64,000 bases of DNA from Chiloscyllium plagiosum (lineage: Eukaryota), in NCBI RefSeq assembly GCF_004010195.1, contig NC_057755.1, forward strand, positions 1,229,306 through 1,293,305, in the 5' to 3' direction. The notes under the pieces were generated by a model. That model did no database searches, was not told where the DNA came from, and saw nothing but the letters and a program-made list of their open reading frames with translations. The position numbers and the translations under genes are program-made. Below are positions 50,990 to 63,234 of this stretch, piece after piece; the first letter of the stretch is position 1, and each line of letters begins with the position of its first letter.

Positions 50990-51272
50990 GAGATTAGATT
51001 ACCTACAGTGTGGAAACAGGCCCTTTGGCCCAACCAGTCCACACCGACCCTCCGAAGAGTAACCCACCCAGATCCATTTCCCTCTGACTAATGCACCTAA
51101 CACTTATGGGCAATTTAGCATGGGCAATTCACCTGACCTGCACATCTTTAGACTGTGGGAGGAAACTGGAGCACCTGGAGGAAACCCACACAGACATGGG
51201 GAGAATGTGCAAACTCCACACAGACAGTTGCCTGGTGCTATGAGGCAGCAGTGCTAACCACTGAGCCACCCT
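50990..51272 (-). mobile_element. HE1 V-SINE
   Basis: agattagatt tail and body match HE1, with an internal deletion. Confidence 0.88.
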
Positions 51273-51827
51273 GTTATGACACACATTTGGAAGAGGTTAG
51301 ATTTGAACCCAGGCTTCCTGGCTCAGAGGTAGGGACATTATCACTATGTCTCAAGGACCCTTATACTTTCAGCAGCATTATTTAGGCTTCTTCAGTTTAG
51401 CTATGACTCATTGTTTTAAATAAGGATTAAAAATTGTAATCAGAGACCTTACCACATCTCTGACTTATTGTAACAACATGATAGATGTTATTTTGAGGTG
51501 TAATGATTGGTCCAGATTCAAATTCTTCTCTGAAGTGACCTTGAACTATAGCACTGTGATATCATCATTTACCGTGGCCTGTAAAATACATCAAAGAATG
51601 TGCCTTTTCCCTTCCAATTGCTGACCTGTGTAAATGCAGAAGCTGCGTTGGTATTGTTCATTGGAAAAATCTTTACTTTCTAATCTTTCTCTCTCATCCA
51701 TCAGACTCTGTGTAAAACTTATTATTCTGAACTAGGTTTTCCTCATTTGTCTCAATATTTCATGTTTTTTTTCTTGTTTTGGTGACGGATCTCTAAGGAT
51801 GTTCTTCCACATTGATGGTAATAAGAT

Positions 51828-52770
51828 CTTAAGACCATAAGAAGTAGGCATAGAATTAGACCATTCAGCCCATTGAGTCAGCTCCATCATTTGATCATGG
51901 CTTATATGTTTCTCAACGCCATTCTCCTGCCTTCTCCTTGTAACCCTTAATCTCCTTCCCAAACAAGAACCTATCTCGGTCTTAAATACACTCAATGACT
52001 TGCTCTCCACAGCCTTCTTTAGCAATGTGTTCCGCAGATTAACTGACCTCTGGCTGAAGAAATTCCTCCTCATCTCAGTTCTAAGGGTCATCCCTTCACC
52101 CAGACTGTGCCCTGGGACCCTCGTCTGTCCAACTATTGGAAACATCTTCTCCAAGTTCACTCTATTCAGACCTCTCAGTATTCTGTAAGTTTCAATCAGA
52201 TTCCACATCTTCCAAATTCCAGTGAGTACAGCCCCAGAGTCCTCAACTGCTCATGTGATAAAAAACTTTTAGTACCAGGATCTTGTAAACCTCCTCTGGA
52301 CCTTTCCAATGCGAGCACATTCCTGCTTAGATACAGGGCCCAAAACTACTTATGGTATTCCACATCTGACCAAAGCCTCAGCAGCACATCCCTGCTCTTA
52401 TATGCTAGCCCTCTTGAAATGAATGGTAACATTGCATTTGCAACTACAAACTGAAACTGCATGTTTAACAGAACCCTGAAATAGACCTCTCAAGTTCCTT
52501 TGTGCTTCAGATTTCTGCAGCCTTTTACCATTTACAAAATAGTCTGCGCCTTTATTCTTATCAAAGTACATAACCTCACACGTTCCCACACATTGTATTC
52601 TGATATTTCTTTGCCCACTCTCCAAGCCCTTCTGCAGCCTTCCTGAGTCCTCAACAATACTTGCTCCTTTACCTACCTTTCTGTCATCTGCAAATTTAAC
52701 AACAATGCCCTCAGTTCCTTCACCCAGATCATTGAAGTATAACATGAATAGTTCTGGTCCCAACACTTTT
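51828..52770 (-). mobile_element. CR1 LINE 3' fragment
   Basis: LGPELFMLYFNDL...KFADDRK and LIETYRILRGL...RRNFFSQR on minus. Confidence 0.9.
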
Positions 52771-53220
52771 TGTTCCTGTTCTTCATGTGATGCCCTGGAA
52801 TCGTAAATTCCAGGGCATCCAGCTTTGATACCTTCAACTATTTTTCATTTGCTGCTAAGAGATCACACCTTTTTATAATTTTGACTTTCTAATTGGGAGA
52901 GGAAGGTCCCTGAAGCATTCTTGAATTTTATCACTATTCCAATATCTCACGTTTAACTGACTTGCATGAGCTTTTGTTTGATGTGATAACAGAAAGGGTA
53001 AAGTTGTTATTGTGATATACCTAGACTTCCAAAAGGCACTTTGTAAAGAGCAACAAACCTAACTTGCATCGTGGCCACCTTTGCCCCTGCGGTATATGCC
53101 TATCCCTTTCCATCCCTAAAGTAAACATAACCGAATTGTGATTACTATCACCAAAGTGCTCACCTACCTCCAAATCTAACACCTGGCAGGGTTCATTATC
53201 TAGTACCTAGCCTCACCCCT

Positions 53221-55138
53221 TGTTAAAGTACAGATTTGAGACAGCCCAGGGAATCCCTAGTGTACTCAATCTATAAGCCTCTCTTGGTTCGTGCCGGAGA
53301 TCGTACTTTTGGTAGCCTGGAATAAAAAACCTCTTCCAGACAGTTTAGTTTAATTTTAGTCATCCCCTTTATTTACCAATAGAATCACTGTTACAACATA
53401 GCACTGATACCTCTAGGCTAAACTAACTAGGTTCTAATAACCCAGTAGAATAGGACATCAGCTCTTCAACAGCCCTAGTATTTACTCTGCTGAACTATCA
53501 CAAACAGGCTATCTTTATATAAAAAGTTTACAAATGCTCTGGAGTATTGTGTGCAGTTTTGGTCGCCATACTATAGGAAAGATGTGGAGGCACTGGAACG
53601 GGTGCACAGGAGGTTTACCAGGATGTTGCCTGGTATGGCAGAAAGATCGTATGAGGAAAGGCTGAGGCACTTGGGGTTGTTTTCATTGGAGAAAAGAAGG
53701 TTTAGGGGTGACTTGATAGAGGTGTACAAGATGATTNNNNNNNNNNNNNNNNNNNNNNNNNNNNNNNNNNNNNNNNNNNNNNNNNNNNNNNNNNNNNNNN
53801 NNNNNNNNNNNNNNNNNNNNNNNNNNNNNNNNNNNNNNNNNNNNNNNNNNNNNNNNNNNNNNNNNNNNNNNNNNNNNNNNNNNNNNNNNNNNNNNNNNNN
53901 NNNNNNNNNNNNNNNNNNNNNNNNNNNNNNNNNNNNNNNNNNNNNNNNNNNNNNNNNNNNNNNNNNNNNNNNNNNNNNNNNNNNNNNNNNNNNNNNNNNN
54001 NNNNNNNNNNNNNNNNNNNNNNNNNNNNNNNNNNNNNNNNNNNNNNNNNNNNNNNNNNNNNNNNNNNNNNNNNNNNNNNNNNNNNNNNNNNNNNNNNNNN
54101 NNNNNNNNNNNNNNNNNNNNNNNNNNNNNNNNNNNNNNNNNNNNNNNNNNNNNNNNNNNNNNNNNNNNNNNNNNNNNNNNNNNNNNNNNNNNNNNNNNNN
54201 NNNNNNNNNNNNNNNNNNNNNNNNNNNNNNNNNNNNNNNNNNNNNNNNNNNNNNNNNNNNNNNNNNNNNNNNNNNNNNNNNNNNNNNNNNNNNNNNNNNN
54301 NNNNNNNNNNNNNNNNNNNNNNNNNNNNNNNNNNNNNNNNNNNNNNNNNNNNNNNNNNNNNNNNNNNNNNNNNNNNNNNNNNNNNNNNNNNNNNNNNNNN
54401 NNNNNNNNNNNNNNNNNNNNNNNNNNNNNNNNNNNNNNNNNNNNNNNNNNNNCCGCCCTCCCCAACTCAATCCAACACTGACCCCTTCCGCCCCCAATCC
54501 TGTCTGTCCCCGCCCAACATCGCCCCCTGTCCACCCCCAACCCCGTCCAATATCACCCCCATCCGGCCCTCAACCCCTGTCCAACATTGCCCCACTCGTC
54601 TGTTCCCCCAAACTGCGTCCAACACCACCTTTTGGGATGACACACACACACATTTCTGTAAGGTTCCACCTCTGCCCTAGACAGGACAATGTTGGAGAGA
54701 TTATTTGGGGGGGGGAAGGGGTTTTAGGGTACACCCCTGTATAGAACTCCAGGGAAAGTGTGGGGAGAGAGGGCAGGCGGTCAGTCATTTGGAGACGGTG
54801 CCTGGGCTCCCATCGATGTCCAGGATTGTTCTTGGCAGCATTTCAGTAAGCTGGGTTCATTTTTAGTTATTGTAAACAAAAGACACGAGTAGTTTTGGAA
54901 ACACGTCTTTGATGTAATGTTTTTAATCGGGACCTCGAGCTCTTCTTCGGATAATTCAATATTCAGATAATCGAGGTTCATCTGTATACAGATCCACTGA
55001 TATTAAGTCAAGTGTTCTTAATTGCCTTACCCTCCCTGCCTATCTATTTTCCAGTGTACAGTAAGTGTGTTTTATCATTCAACATGACATTTTACTCTAA
55101 ATGTTTAAGGACAAGTTTTAAGGCAAAAGACTTTCTCA
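53221..55138 (-). mobile_element. 3' LTR of an ERV (family L-2), interrupted by a CR1 piece, an assembly gap and unrelated sequence
   Basis: 53221-53535 and 55012-55138 match the two ends of solo LTR 57058-58219; polypurine tract aataggagggaa immediately precedes TGAGAAAG on minus. Confidence 0.7.
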
Positions 55139-55326
55139 TTCCCTCCTATTGTCATTTCCCGACAACTACATAGCTTATACAAGTATAATTAGACCATTTA
55201 GTCAAGTTGTATTCTCAATAAGTCAAGCACCTTCTCTGGCAAGTCATCATCCAGAGGAGCAGAGTCTGAAAGATATTGGATTTCAGCATGAAAGTTCAGA
55301 CACGGAGGTACAAGTGTAGACAAGGG

Positions 55327-56516
55327 TCAGCTAACCAGATTCCTCTTTGGCTTAGGTGAAAAGCAATGTACGGTCCATTTCATGCATACGCAGATGACAA
55401 CGTATATTCCTAGGATGAGACCAAGGACTAACAGTACGTACCACATGATCCATTGCACAGCAACTATAGCCAGCAAGTAACACTCCATCCACATGAATTG
55501 GATGATAGTGGGGCAGGTATCTTCTCTGCATCTTGACCCATTTTGTTTATAAAGTCTGTGTCGTCCGAACGTCCTTTGAGAAATCATCGATGTAGGTGCA
55601 ACATTGCAGGCTAATGACTGAAGAAACGCCTCCTTCTTTAGCAAGGAGAAAATCTAGCACTGGCCAAATCTGAAGCATCATCATCTGGCTCTCCTGTAAC
55701 TCTTTGTTCAGTGGTCAGTTGAGTTGGCAAGTTTTTCGATATATACGCAAGGTCACTTATCTGATCTAGGGCCACCTCAACACCCCAGCCAGAAGTAAGA
55801 TCTCCCAACAACCTGGACCATTAGGTTTGTTGATGGTAGAAGTTGTTTAAGTCCTGTTGTTTCTCCAATAATTTTTGTTCCATACCAATTCACATGTTGG
55901 TGGGCGTTCCATTCATCATCTACTTCAGTTACTTCATGGTGGAGGGTAAAAAGTGATAAGGTGTATACCAGGGCGCAACATCCATACCAGTCATTGGGTA
56001 AATATGGGTAGGCTTTGTTTTTGCATCGCCAATGAAGGCTAAAAGGAGTTTCAAGGGTGCACTTCCGTGAGTGAATGACGAGTCCACTCAAAGCGAGAGC
56101 TGAACATTTAAACAGTGGGTGCTAGCAAACATTCGGTTGTCCAAGTGTATTGATGGATGGGGAGTAGGAGTACGACCAGTGTCTTTGATAATATTTTTGC
56201 ACAGTTTTTGCTTTACTTGCCCTATGTCGTGGGTACCAGAAGGTCTTTCAATGCACCATTCTAACAGCGGAAGAACGTTAACGTTGACTCCTTCAGGTTT
56301 GTTCGTGCACTTCACAGTGACATGCTTCTTCTATTAAATGGGTTTTTCATACAAATAAGGGATTGTATAAGTGGGTGAGTCCTATTTATACACTGCCCAT
56401 CAGAATGGTGGAACACTGAGCCAACAACACGTGGATCAGGGGTTTAGCTTGAATAAAGAAACCATTAGTAACAGAAGGAGGATTGGGAGTGTATAGTATT
56501 TTTGGATTTTCTTCAT
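55327..56516 (-). pseudogene. env: Endogenous retrovirus envelope gene remnant (gamma-type Env)
   Basis: Minus strand gives a signal-peptide-like MKKIQKYYTLPILLLLLMV, CCWLS (CWLC-like), WRCKNKAYPYLPNDWYGCC, ISD-like MLQIWPVLDFLLAKEGGV, CX6CC remnant SSVISLQCCTYI and a TM helix YVLLVLGLILGIYVVICVC; frameshifted. Confidence 0.88.
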
Positions 56517-56674
56517 CTTTCTAGCTTGTCTTGTTAATTACAATAGTGACTGAACACAGGAAACGCGTAAAGGTATTTCTGTCAGTGGCAGTAGGTCAGA
56601 TGGGGAGAGGAATCTGTCAAGAATGTATAGGTGGTCAGTGTCATGGTAATAGGTGCCTTAGAGTTTGGTGATAG

Positions 56675-56960
56675 GGTCTGTTTCCATGCTCTTCGGTCCA
56701 ATTCATCCATGCTAACCAGATATCCTAACCTAATCTAGTCCCATTTGGCAGCACCTGGCCCATAACCCTCTAAACCCTTTCTATTCATATACTCATCCAG
56801 ATGCCTTTTATATACTATAATTGTATCAGGCTCCATCGCTTCCTCTGGCAACTCATTTCCATATACGCAACACCCTCTGCGTGAAAAAGTTGCACCTTAG
56901 GTCCCTTTTAAATCTTTCTCCTCTCACCCTGCAACTATACCCCTCTAGTTCTGAACTCCC
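56675..56960 (-). mobile_element. CR1/HER1 3' tail
   Basis: Matches 7496-7800. Confidence 0.85.
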
Positions 56961-57057
56961 CAGCCAATCCCAGCCCAACCAAGCCCACAGCCCAGGCGCT
57001 TGTCATGACACAGTCTGTTTGAGGCACAGCCAACTCTATTTTCACCTGTAGCCCCAT

Positions 57058-58219
57058 TGATAAAATACAGATTTGAGACTGCCCAGGGAATCCCTTGTGA
57101 ACTCAACCTGTAAGGCTCTCTTGATTCATTCCAGAGATCGTACTTTGGTAGTCTAGAATAAAAAAAAACTCTTACAGACAGTTTAGTTTAATTTTAGTCA
57201 TTTTTGTGGAAAGTGTGTGGGAATGTTGCGTCTGCAGAAGTCATGAGACTCAGCTATCAGGGTGTGCAGGCTACGCAATTGGTCACAAACAGATGTGGTG
57301 AACAGATTAGACTAGATGAGCTTCGGTTGCACAAATGGCTATAAGAAGCTGCAATTGTCATGCACGGTGAGCTTAAGATAAAGATAATCAAATAAGGCAT
57401 GATACAAACATGGGGGGGGGGTGATAAGATTAGAGTAATGGGAGAAGTAAACAGAGGTGGAGCTGAGTTGATGCAAGGCAGAGTGAAGCTGGTGCTTGTG
57501 ATAAACTATGGGAATCAGGTAGATTACCAATAGCGAGAAGGGAGAGTGCTGAGAGACTAAACAAACAGTATATAAAAAAAAACAAGAATGTTCAGCAGGT
57601 GTGCCTACGTATTGGACACCCACTCTTGCAAGAACGGAGGAATAAAGACTGCTTCAGAATTTGACTCGGACAAAAAAATTATTTCATCAGTGAGCTACGT
57701 TTCTCATTCATTCCCTTTATTTACTAACAGCATCACTGTTACAACACAATGCTGATACCTAAAAGCCAAGCTAACTGGATTCTAATAACCCAGGAGAGTA
57801 GGATATTGCTCTTCCTTCAAGAGCCTGTGCAAGCTACTCTGCTGAACTATCACAAACAGGCTTCTTTTATACAAAATGTTTCACAGAAGCTGTACTGTCA
57901 GAAACAGGCTTTCTTTATCCAGAAGTTTACAAAACGCTCTGCATGTTCTGAACTAGACAGCTGACAGTGAAGGGCAATAATTCAGGAGAAAAGTTAATTG
58001 ATACCGAGTTTCGTTTCAAGGTCAGAATCAAACACTTATAAATTTCACAAAGGAACAGCCGTGAATGTGATCACCCGGTGTCCTTTGGCAAATGTTCTTA
58101 ACTACCTTACCCTCCCTGCCTGTCTATTTTCCGGTGTGAAGCAAATGTGTTCTTTAATTCAACATTACATTTTAGTCTAAAATGTTTAAGGACAGGTTAT
58201 AAGGCTATAGACTTTCTCA
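57058..58219 (-). mobile_element. Solo LTR (family L-2) with 4-bp TSD, containing a nested LTR
   Basis: TG...CA termini; ccat at 57054-57057 and 58220-58223; homologous to the 53221/55138 segments. Confidence 0.8.
57205..57706 (+). mobile_element. Nested solo LTR related to family L-1
   Basis: Absent from the homologous LTR at 53350; TATAAAA, AATAAA and a 3' end ttcaga.ttg.ctcggac...gtgagct..gtttctca shared with 27840-27897. Confidence 0.7.
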
Positions 58220-58599
58220 CCATGTTCAGCTTTTTTGTTTTCTCGCTGCCTCACCATTGCCAATCCCTTTAGGCTGCCTGACTGCTCTCCTCCCACTTTC
58301 TGGGGCTCCATCACCATCGACTGCAGCATGAGTGATGGCGTGGAGTCGGACAAAGTTAAAAATCACACCAAAACCAGGTTATCGTCCAACAGGTTTAATT
58401 CGGAAACACAAGTGCTGCTCTGCAAGCTTGAACTGTCCTTCCAAATGAACATGTTGGGCTACACGCTGCAGGAGACAGTCCTCACCCACTACCTGCCTCT
58501 TATACACCATCTTTTTCCGAGCAACTAACAGTTCTGATAAAGGATGACCGAATCCGAAACGTTACTTCCAAACCTACCGAGGTTTCTCCAGCGGTTCCC

Positions 58600-58960
58600 G
58601 CTTCCGTCCACATTCATCTCCCCAGCGACCATCTCCAGGCGGAACCTCGCATCCTAATTGCCAGAATCACCAGATTGACGGGAACGTTGACCAATCGGAG
58701 CTGGGTGGAGAGCACAGGCCCGCCTTGATGGCTCTCGCGGATGCCCGAGGCGCGGCCGTTTAACGGACATCGCGCGAGCTTGGCGAGGTGGCGCGGAGCT
58801 TGGCACTGCGCATGCGGGACATTTAAACTCGCAACCGCGGAAACCCGGGGGATGGTGGTTCATCGTCTCTCGCCGAGTGATAGTTCCTTCTTCATCCTTT
58901 TTCCTTCCAGTGAGGCTGAGAAAGCACCTTCGACGTTAATCGGCAAACTGTTAATGTGCA
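58600..58960 (+). promoter_or_regulatory. CpG-island promoter
   Basis: Dense CpG, CCAAT at ~58691, NRF1-like TGCGCATGCG at ~58807, GC boxes. Confidence 0.7.
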
Positions 58961-59597
58961 GCTATACCGAGGAGGATCTCATCAGATTGTGCGTCTCCCG
59001 GGCAGCGATCGGAAACAGGCCCTTCGGCCGATCTCGTCTATGCTAACCAGGTTTCCTCAACTGAACTAGTCCCGTTGGGCCCACATCCCCCTCTGAACCC
59101 TCAATGTTCATATGCCTGTCCAAAAGACGGTGGCACTTCAGAGTTGACAGGACACCAGGGCAGGATGAGATTCATCCAAGGGTTCTGACTGAAGTGAGAA
59201 GTGTTTGGTATGTTTTCGTGCTGTATATCTCTGCGATTCTAAGATTTGCACAGCGTCTGACCAGAAGCTATGGAGTCCTGTAAGGTAGTGAATGCTGAAC
59301 ACCGCTTCATGATTATTCAACAGTTGCAGTTCGTAGTGCTGAGGTCAATGAGACATTTCATTGTTCTACTTCTGTATTGTTGGCACTGTAACCAATACCA
59401 CAATGCAAGGTGACATACCCCATTCCTAAATGTGATCACAATGGTGTTGATATGAAGGAAAAACTGACTAAAACTGATATTGTAACTAGACTAAGGCTAT
59501 GATAAATAACCAGCTGGTGCATTTTAAAAGATCATGCAGTTGAAAAATACATTCTGTTTATATCAAAAACTGAGTGCACAGATCTGTCTATAGCTCA

Positions 59598-59692
59598 TTC
59601 CTGAAGAAGGGCTTATGCCCGAAACGTCGATTCTCCTGCTCCTTGGATGCTGCCTGACCTGCTGCGCTTTTCCAGCAACACATTTTCAGCTC
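59598..59692 (+). ncRNA. Family A element with intact minimal hammerhead core
   Basis: ttc-CTGAAGA-a-GGGC-ttat-GCCC-GAA-ACGT-C-gattctc. Confidence 0.75.
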
Positions 59693-60604
59693 ACTCAGGA
59701 AATGTCAATCTTTTTCAGGCAGTGACAAATTATGAGCATAGGGAAATGATAGTGACATTGAACAACTAATGTTCTGTCTTTATAGAAGAAGATACAAGAT
59801 GCCTACCAGGAAAAGGTCAATGGACTAATAAGAATGGTGACACTGAATTCACTAAAATTAGCAGGAAGTGAGTTGTAGAGAAAATTTAAGTAACTTTCTT
59901 TGTTCTTTCCTGGGATGTGGTTGTTCAGTCAGCATTTGTTACCCTTGAACTAAATGTTTTGCTTGGCCATTCCAGAGGGTGGTTAAGAGTCAACCACATT
60001 ACAGAGTGTTTGGATTTGCATATAAGCTGGTAGATGGTAGATTTCCTTCCCTAAAGAGCATTAGTGAACCAGATAGATTTTAATGACATTAAAATCAAAT
60101 TTCACGATGGTGGGATTTGAGCCCATGTCCCTAGAATGTTAGCTGGGTATCCTAGAATATTCATACAGTCTGAAATGTTCTTGAGACCTGATGGCCTATA
60201 TTGTAGGATTCTAAATGATACCAATGCAGAAATGGAGACTGTGAGTTTCTGAAATTTTCTTGAGTCCAGATCAGTGTCAGCAGACTTGGGAAAAGTATAG
60301 TCTGATTAGAAAACGTTCCCATGATTTAACAAAAGGGAAAATGTATTTGATAAACTGTTTTCTTTTTGTGCATTGTGTGACTAATCGGGGAGATAAAAGA
60401 ACTTGTTTGTTATACACTTGGACTTTCAAAAGGAATTCTATAAGGAGCCACACGAACAGTGAAAACATAAGATTAAAAACTCAAGGTGGGGCTAATATGA
60501 CTAGAGAACTAATTAATAAATGAGAAGCACAAATGGGCTGATATTTAACAAGGCAACATTCAACTTTCCATTTTTAATATTTGTGTAATCATCTTCTTTT
60601 TTAG

Positions 60605-60695
60605 AATATCAGAATCTGGAATAACTGTGTGACCATCATGGCTGAAAGTTCAAGTGGAGAAGAAGTTCCAGTTGCTTCAAGAAAAATGAAAATGG
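60605..60695 (+). CDS. Probable start-codon exon of a second NLR paralogue
   Basis: Strong acceptor tcttctttttttag|; Kozak atcATGG at 60638; MAESSSGEEVPVASRKMKM(D) resembles elasmobranch NLR N-termini as I recall them; the expected donor reads g|atgcgt and may be mutated. Confidence 0.5.
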
Positions 60696-61753
60696 ATGCG
60701 TGTAGGTTCACAACATTTTTTTTTTAATTCTTTTTTGATAAACATCCTGATCTTGTGGAAGGACCTGTAACGCTCTCAGGAAGAAGCAACAAGTCAGGCT
60801 GAACAGAAATACGAAAAGGAGTGACCATCTCGAGTGACAGTAAAATAATAAGTAGAGGAAGCTCTTGGAATACTGGAACTGTCCAGTATATATTTGATAT
60901 TGAGGTATATAAAGAAGGGGACTTTTAGCAGGGTCTGGAGTATAGGTACAGAGATCAGGAGACCAACTCAAGTGGAATGGTAGCTGGGGCTTAGAGGTCT
61001 TGGCACACAAGAAGAGCAGTACTACATATGGAAGATTGTTTAGTTAGCAGAATTCAGAGACCTTCATACAGACTTGAGTAGTTCCTGTATGATATATGAT
61101 CTGCCTGATGTTTGTTAGATGAATTTCCAGGAAAAAGTGAACCCACTTTTGGGAAGAAAGCGAGAGCAGAAGATATTGGTGTTTGGGGAAATACTCAGAA
61201 AATGTCGGGGAGCGAGCACATTGCTGTGAAAATTTACAAAACACCTGGGAAATTTCAATCACTGGGGCAAATAATGAGAGAAAAGTTATTCCCATAAATG
61301 CAATGGATATAATCTGTGATGCGCAGCTCATCCATTTGCAGATTGCATCTCTTCCAAATCTCTGGACCGATTCGATGTGAGTATATCCGCAGCCGATGTG
61401 GGAGTGAAGCAGTGAGATGGAGAATGCTGGCAGGGAGCAAAGCTGCCAAAGGAAGTCTAGTCAGGGAAAGTTGGTGGGACAGAAAGTGAGGTTTGCGAGG
61501 CTGTCTCCCAGGTATTATACTCCAAAAAATAATTGTTTTCAAATACAACTTATTGCGTCCTTTAGTGTTAGTTCATTACACTCCATAAAACTCACCCTCC
61601 CCATGTTTATATTTCCAATTTACACCTAATTAACTTTTCAATAGTATATTCATCACTTGTTCGTTATTTCATTAGGTCTCGGATATTTCTCCGTATCAGA
61701 TGAATACAGGTTCCCCTTATTCAAAAAATGAAAAGTCGATCTATAATAAAACA

Positions 61754-61969
61754 GAGTCAGAAGTCAGATGACACTACCTTATAGTCCAACAGGTTTATTT
61801 GAAATCACAATCTTTTGGAGCGTTGCCCCTTTATCACTTGCTGCTACACCTGACGAAGGGGCAATACTTTGAAAGTTTGTGATTTAAAATAAACCTGTTG
61901 GACTACAACCTGCCGCTGTCTGACTCCTGACCTTGTCCACCCCAGTCCAACACTGACACCTCCACATCG
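61754..61969. mobile_element. Family B element with inverted halves
   Basis: Minus half plus cacCTGACGAaGGGG...GAAAGTTtgtg plus half; flanking repeat tataata(a/g)aaca at 61742-61753 and 61970-61981. Confidence 0.75.
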
Positions 61970-61981
61970 TATAATAGAACA

Positions 61982-63220
61982 AAACATGTAAAGTGATGCC
62001 TGATTATGTTCTTTTTTTTACCAATTAAAATTTGGAGATCTTTCCATTCTCCAGGATCTGTTAGATCTGCAATGTCGATCCTCAGTTTCTTTTTGTTTCA
62101 CATATTCTGTTAAATGTTCATTATTCTATCATGATTTATTATCGATGTAGTACTCAGTGGTATTGGTGCTAAATCCCTTTTTGGAATTTCTTCCAATATT
62201 TTTTGCTCGGAAACTTGCCATATCTACCTCCTCACTGAGAGTAAGAGTCTATGCTGCAAAGAACGTTTTAGCTTCCTTGCTTCCCTTTACCACAGGAAAA
62301 ACACTAAGCCTTCTTGCAGTAATTTGCATCAGAAACATTGCTTTTCAAAGCAAAGTTTCGTGCATCTGCTATCAATCAGGTAGAAATTTATTTTTAAAAG
62401 GCATTGTACTCTAATTTTTTTCAATTACTTGTCCAAATGATATCTTTCACCTTGGAATATTTCATAGGTGTACTCAACTCTGGGACTTCAAAACTGGCAT
62501 CGGTCTGGTTTGAGTACCCAGACGATTCAGCTGTCCAATTAAATTTCACAATTCCTCCATTTCAGTCTCTTGATAGCTGCTACATCTTTTTTGAAGTCTG
62601 ACTTTGACTAATAGGAATGGAGCAAACACTTACCAATTAATATTGCTGGTGCAAAATGACACTTGATCTATTCTGCCTGATTTCCAATCCAATGTTTTTC
62701 CATACTTAAAGTTTATTATTTTTGATCCTTGCCAAAGCCTTGCTCAGTCTTTTCCATTTAAAAAAAAAATCATTCTCTTTAAAATAAACCATATCTCCCA
62801 GATTGAAACTAGTTTCTCCTGGCCTTGCCTTAGATGTTTCTAATCAATTTATTCAGACATGTTATGACACATCTCTGGAATAGATGGGACCGGAACCTGA
62901 GTCCTTTTGGTCAGTCACAGGGATACCACCGAAGCACCACAAAACTTGCTGAATTCTTTCTTGGGCTTGTCTCTAATGGTAGCCTTAGTGTGTTCAAATT
63001 CTGTTTAAAAAGTAAAAGTGCTTGTAGTCTTCCCAGGCTGGGAGCTGATTATTACTAATGGATCTTTTAGGATTCTTACTAAAATCTAAATGATAGATTT
63101 AGCACACACCACACACCACAATGGATGGTTTTTGAACATTTCATCCACTATTGTACCATTCCTTTGACATACCCACTGCAAAAAGAACTTTCTTTTACCA
63201 TGTTCTGACTTAAGGAGGTA
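61982..63220 (-). mobile_element. Ty1/Copia retrotransposon remnant (integrase, RT and RNase H fragments)
   Basis: Minus strand gives GLEIRQ...LHQ and NLIGQLNRLGTQTRP (Copia RT), then FAA*TLTLSEEVDMA, YIDNKS and KLRIDIADL (Copia RNase H); an integrase-tail-like QLPAWED lies upstream, matching the Copia INT-RT-RH order. Confidence 0.75.
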
Positions 63221-63234
63221 TCACTAGATTATTC

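Noticed and set aside
51660..51820. Possible terminal LRR exon of the NLR
   Set aside because: A good acceptor is present but no LxxLxL pattern or open frame follows
53551..54744. ORFs of 285-397 aa
   Set aside because: Artefacts of translating through the N gap
53221..58219. Complete env-only provirus bounded by two LTRs
   Set aside because: The right LTR has its own ccat TSD on both sides and is clearly diverged from the left one, so it is better read as an independent solo LTR
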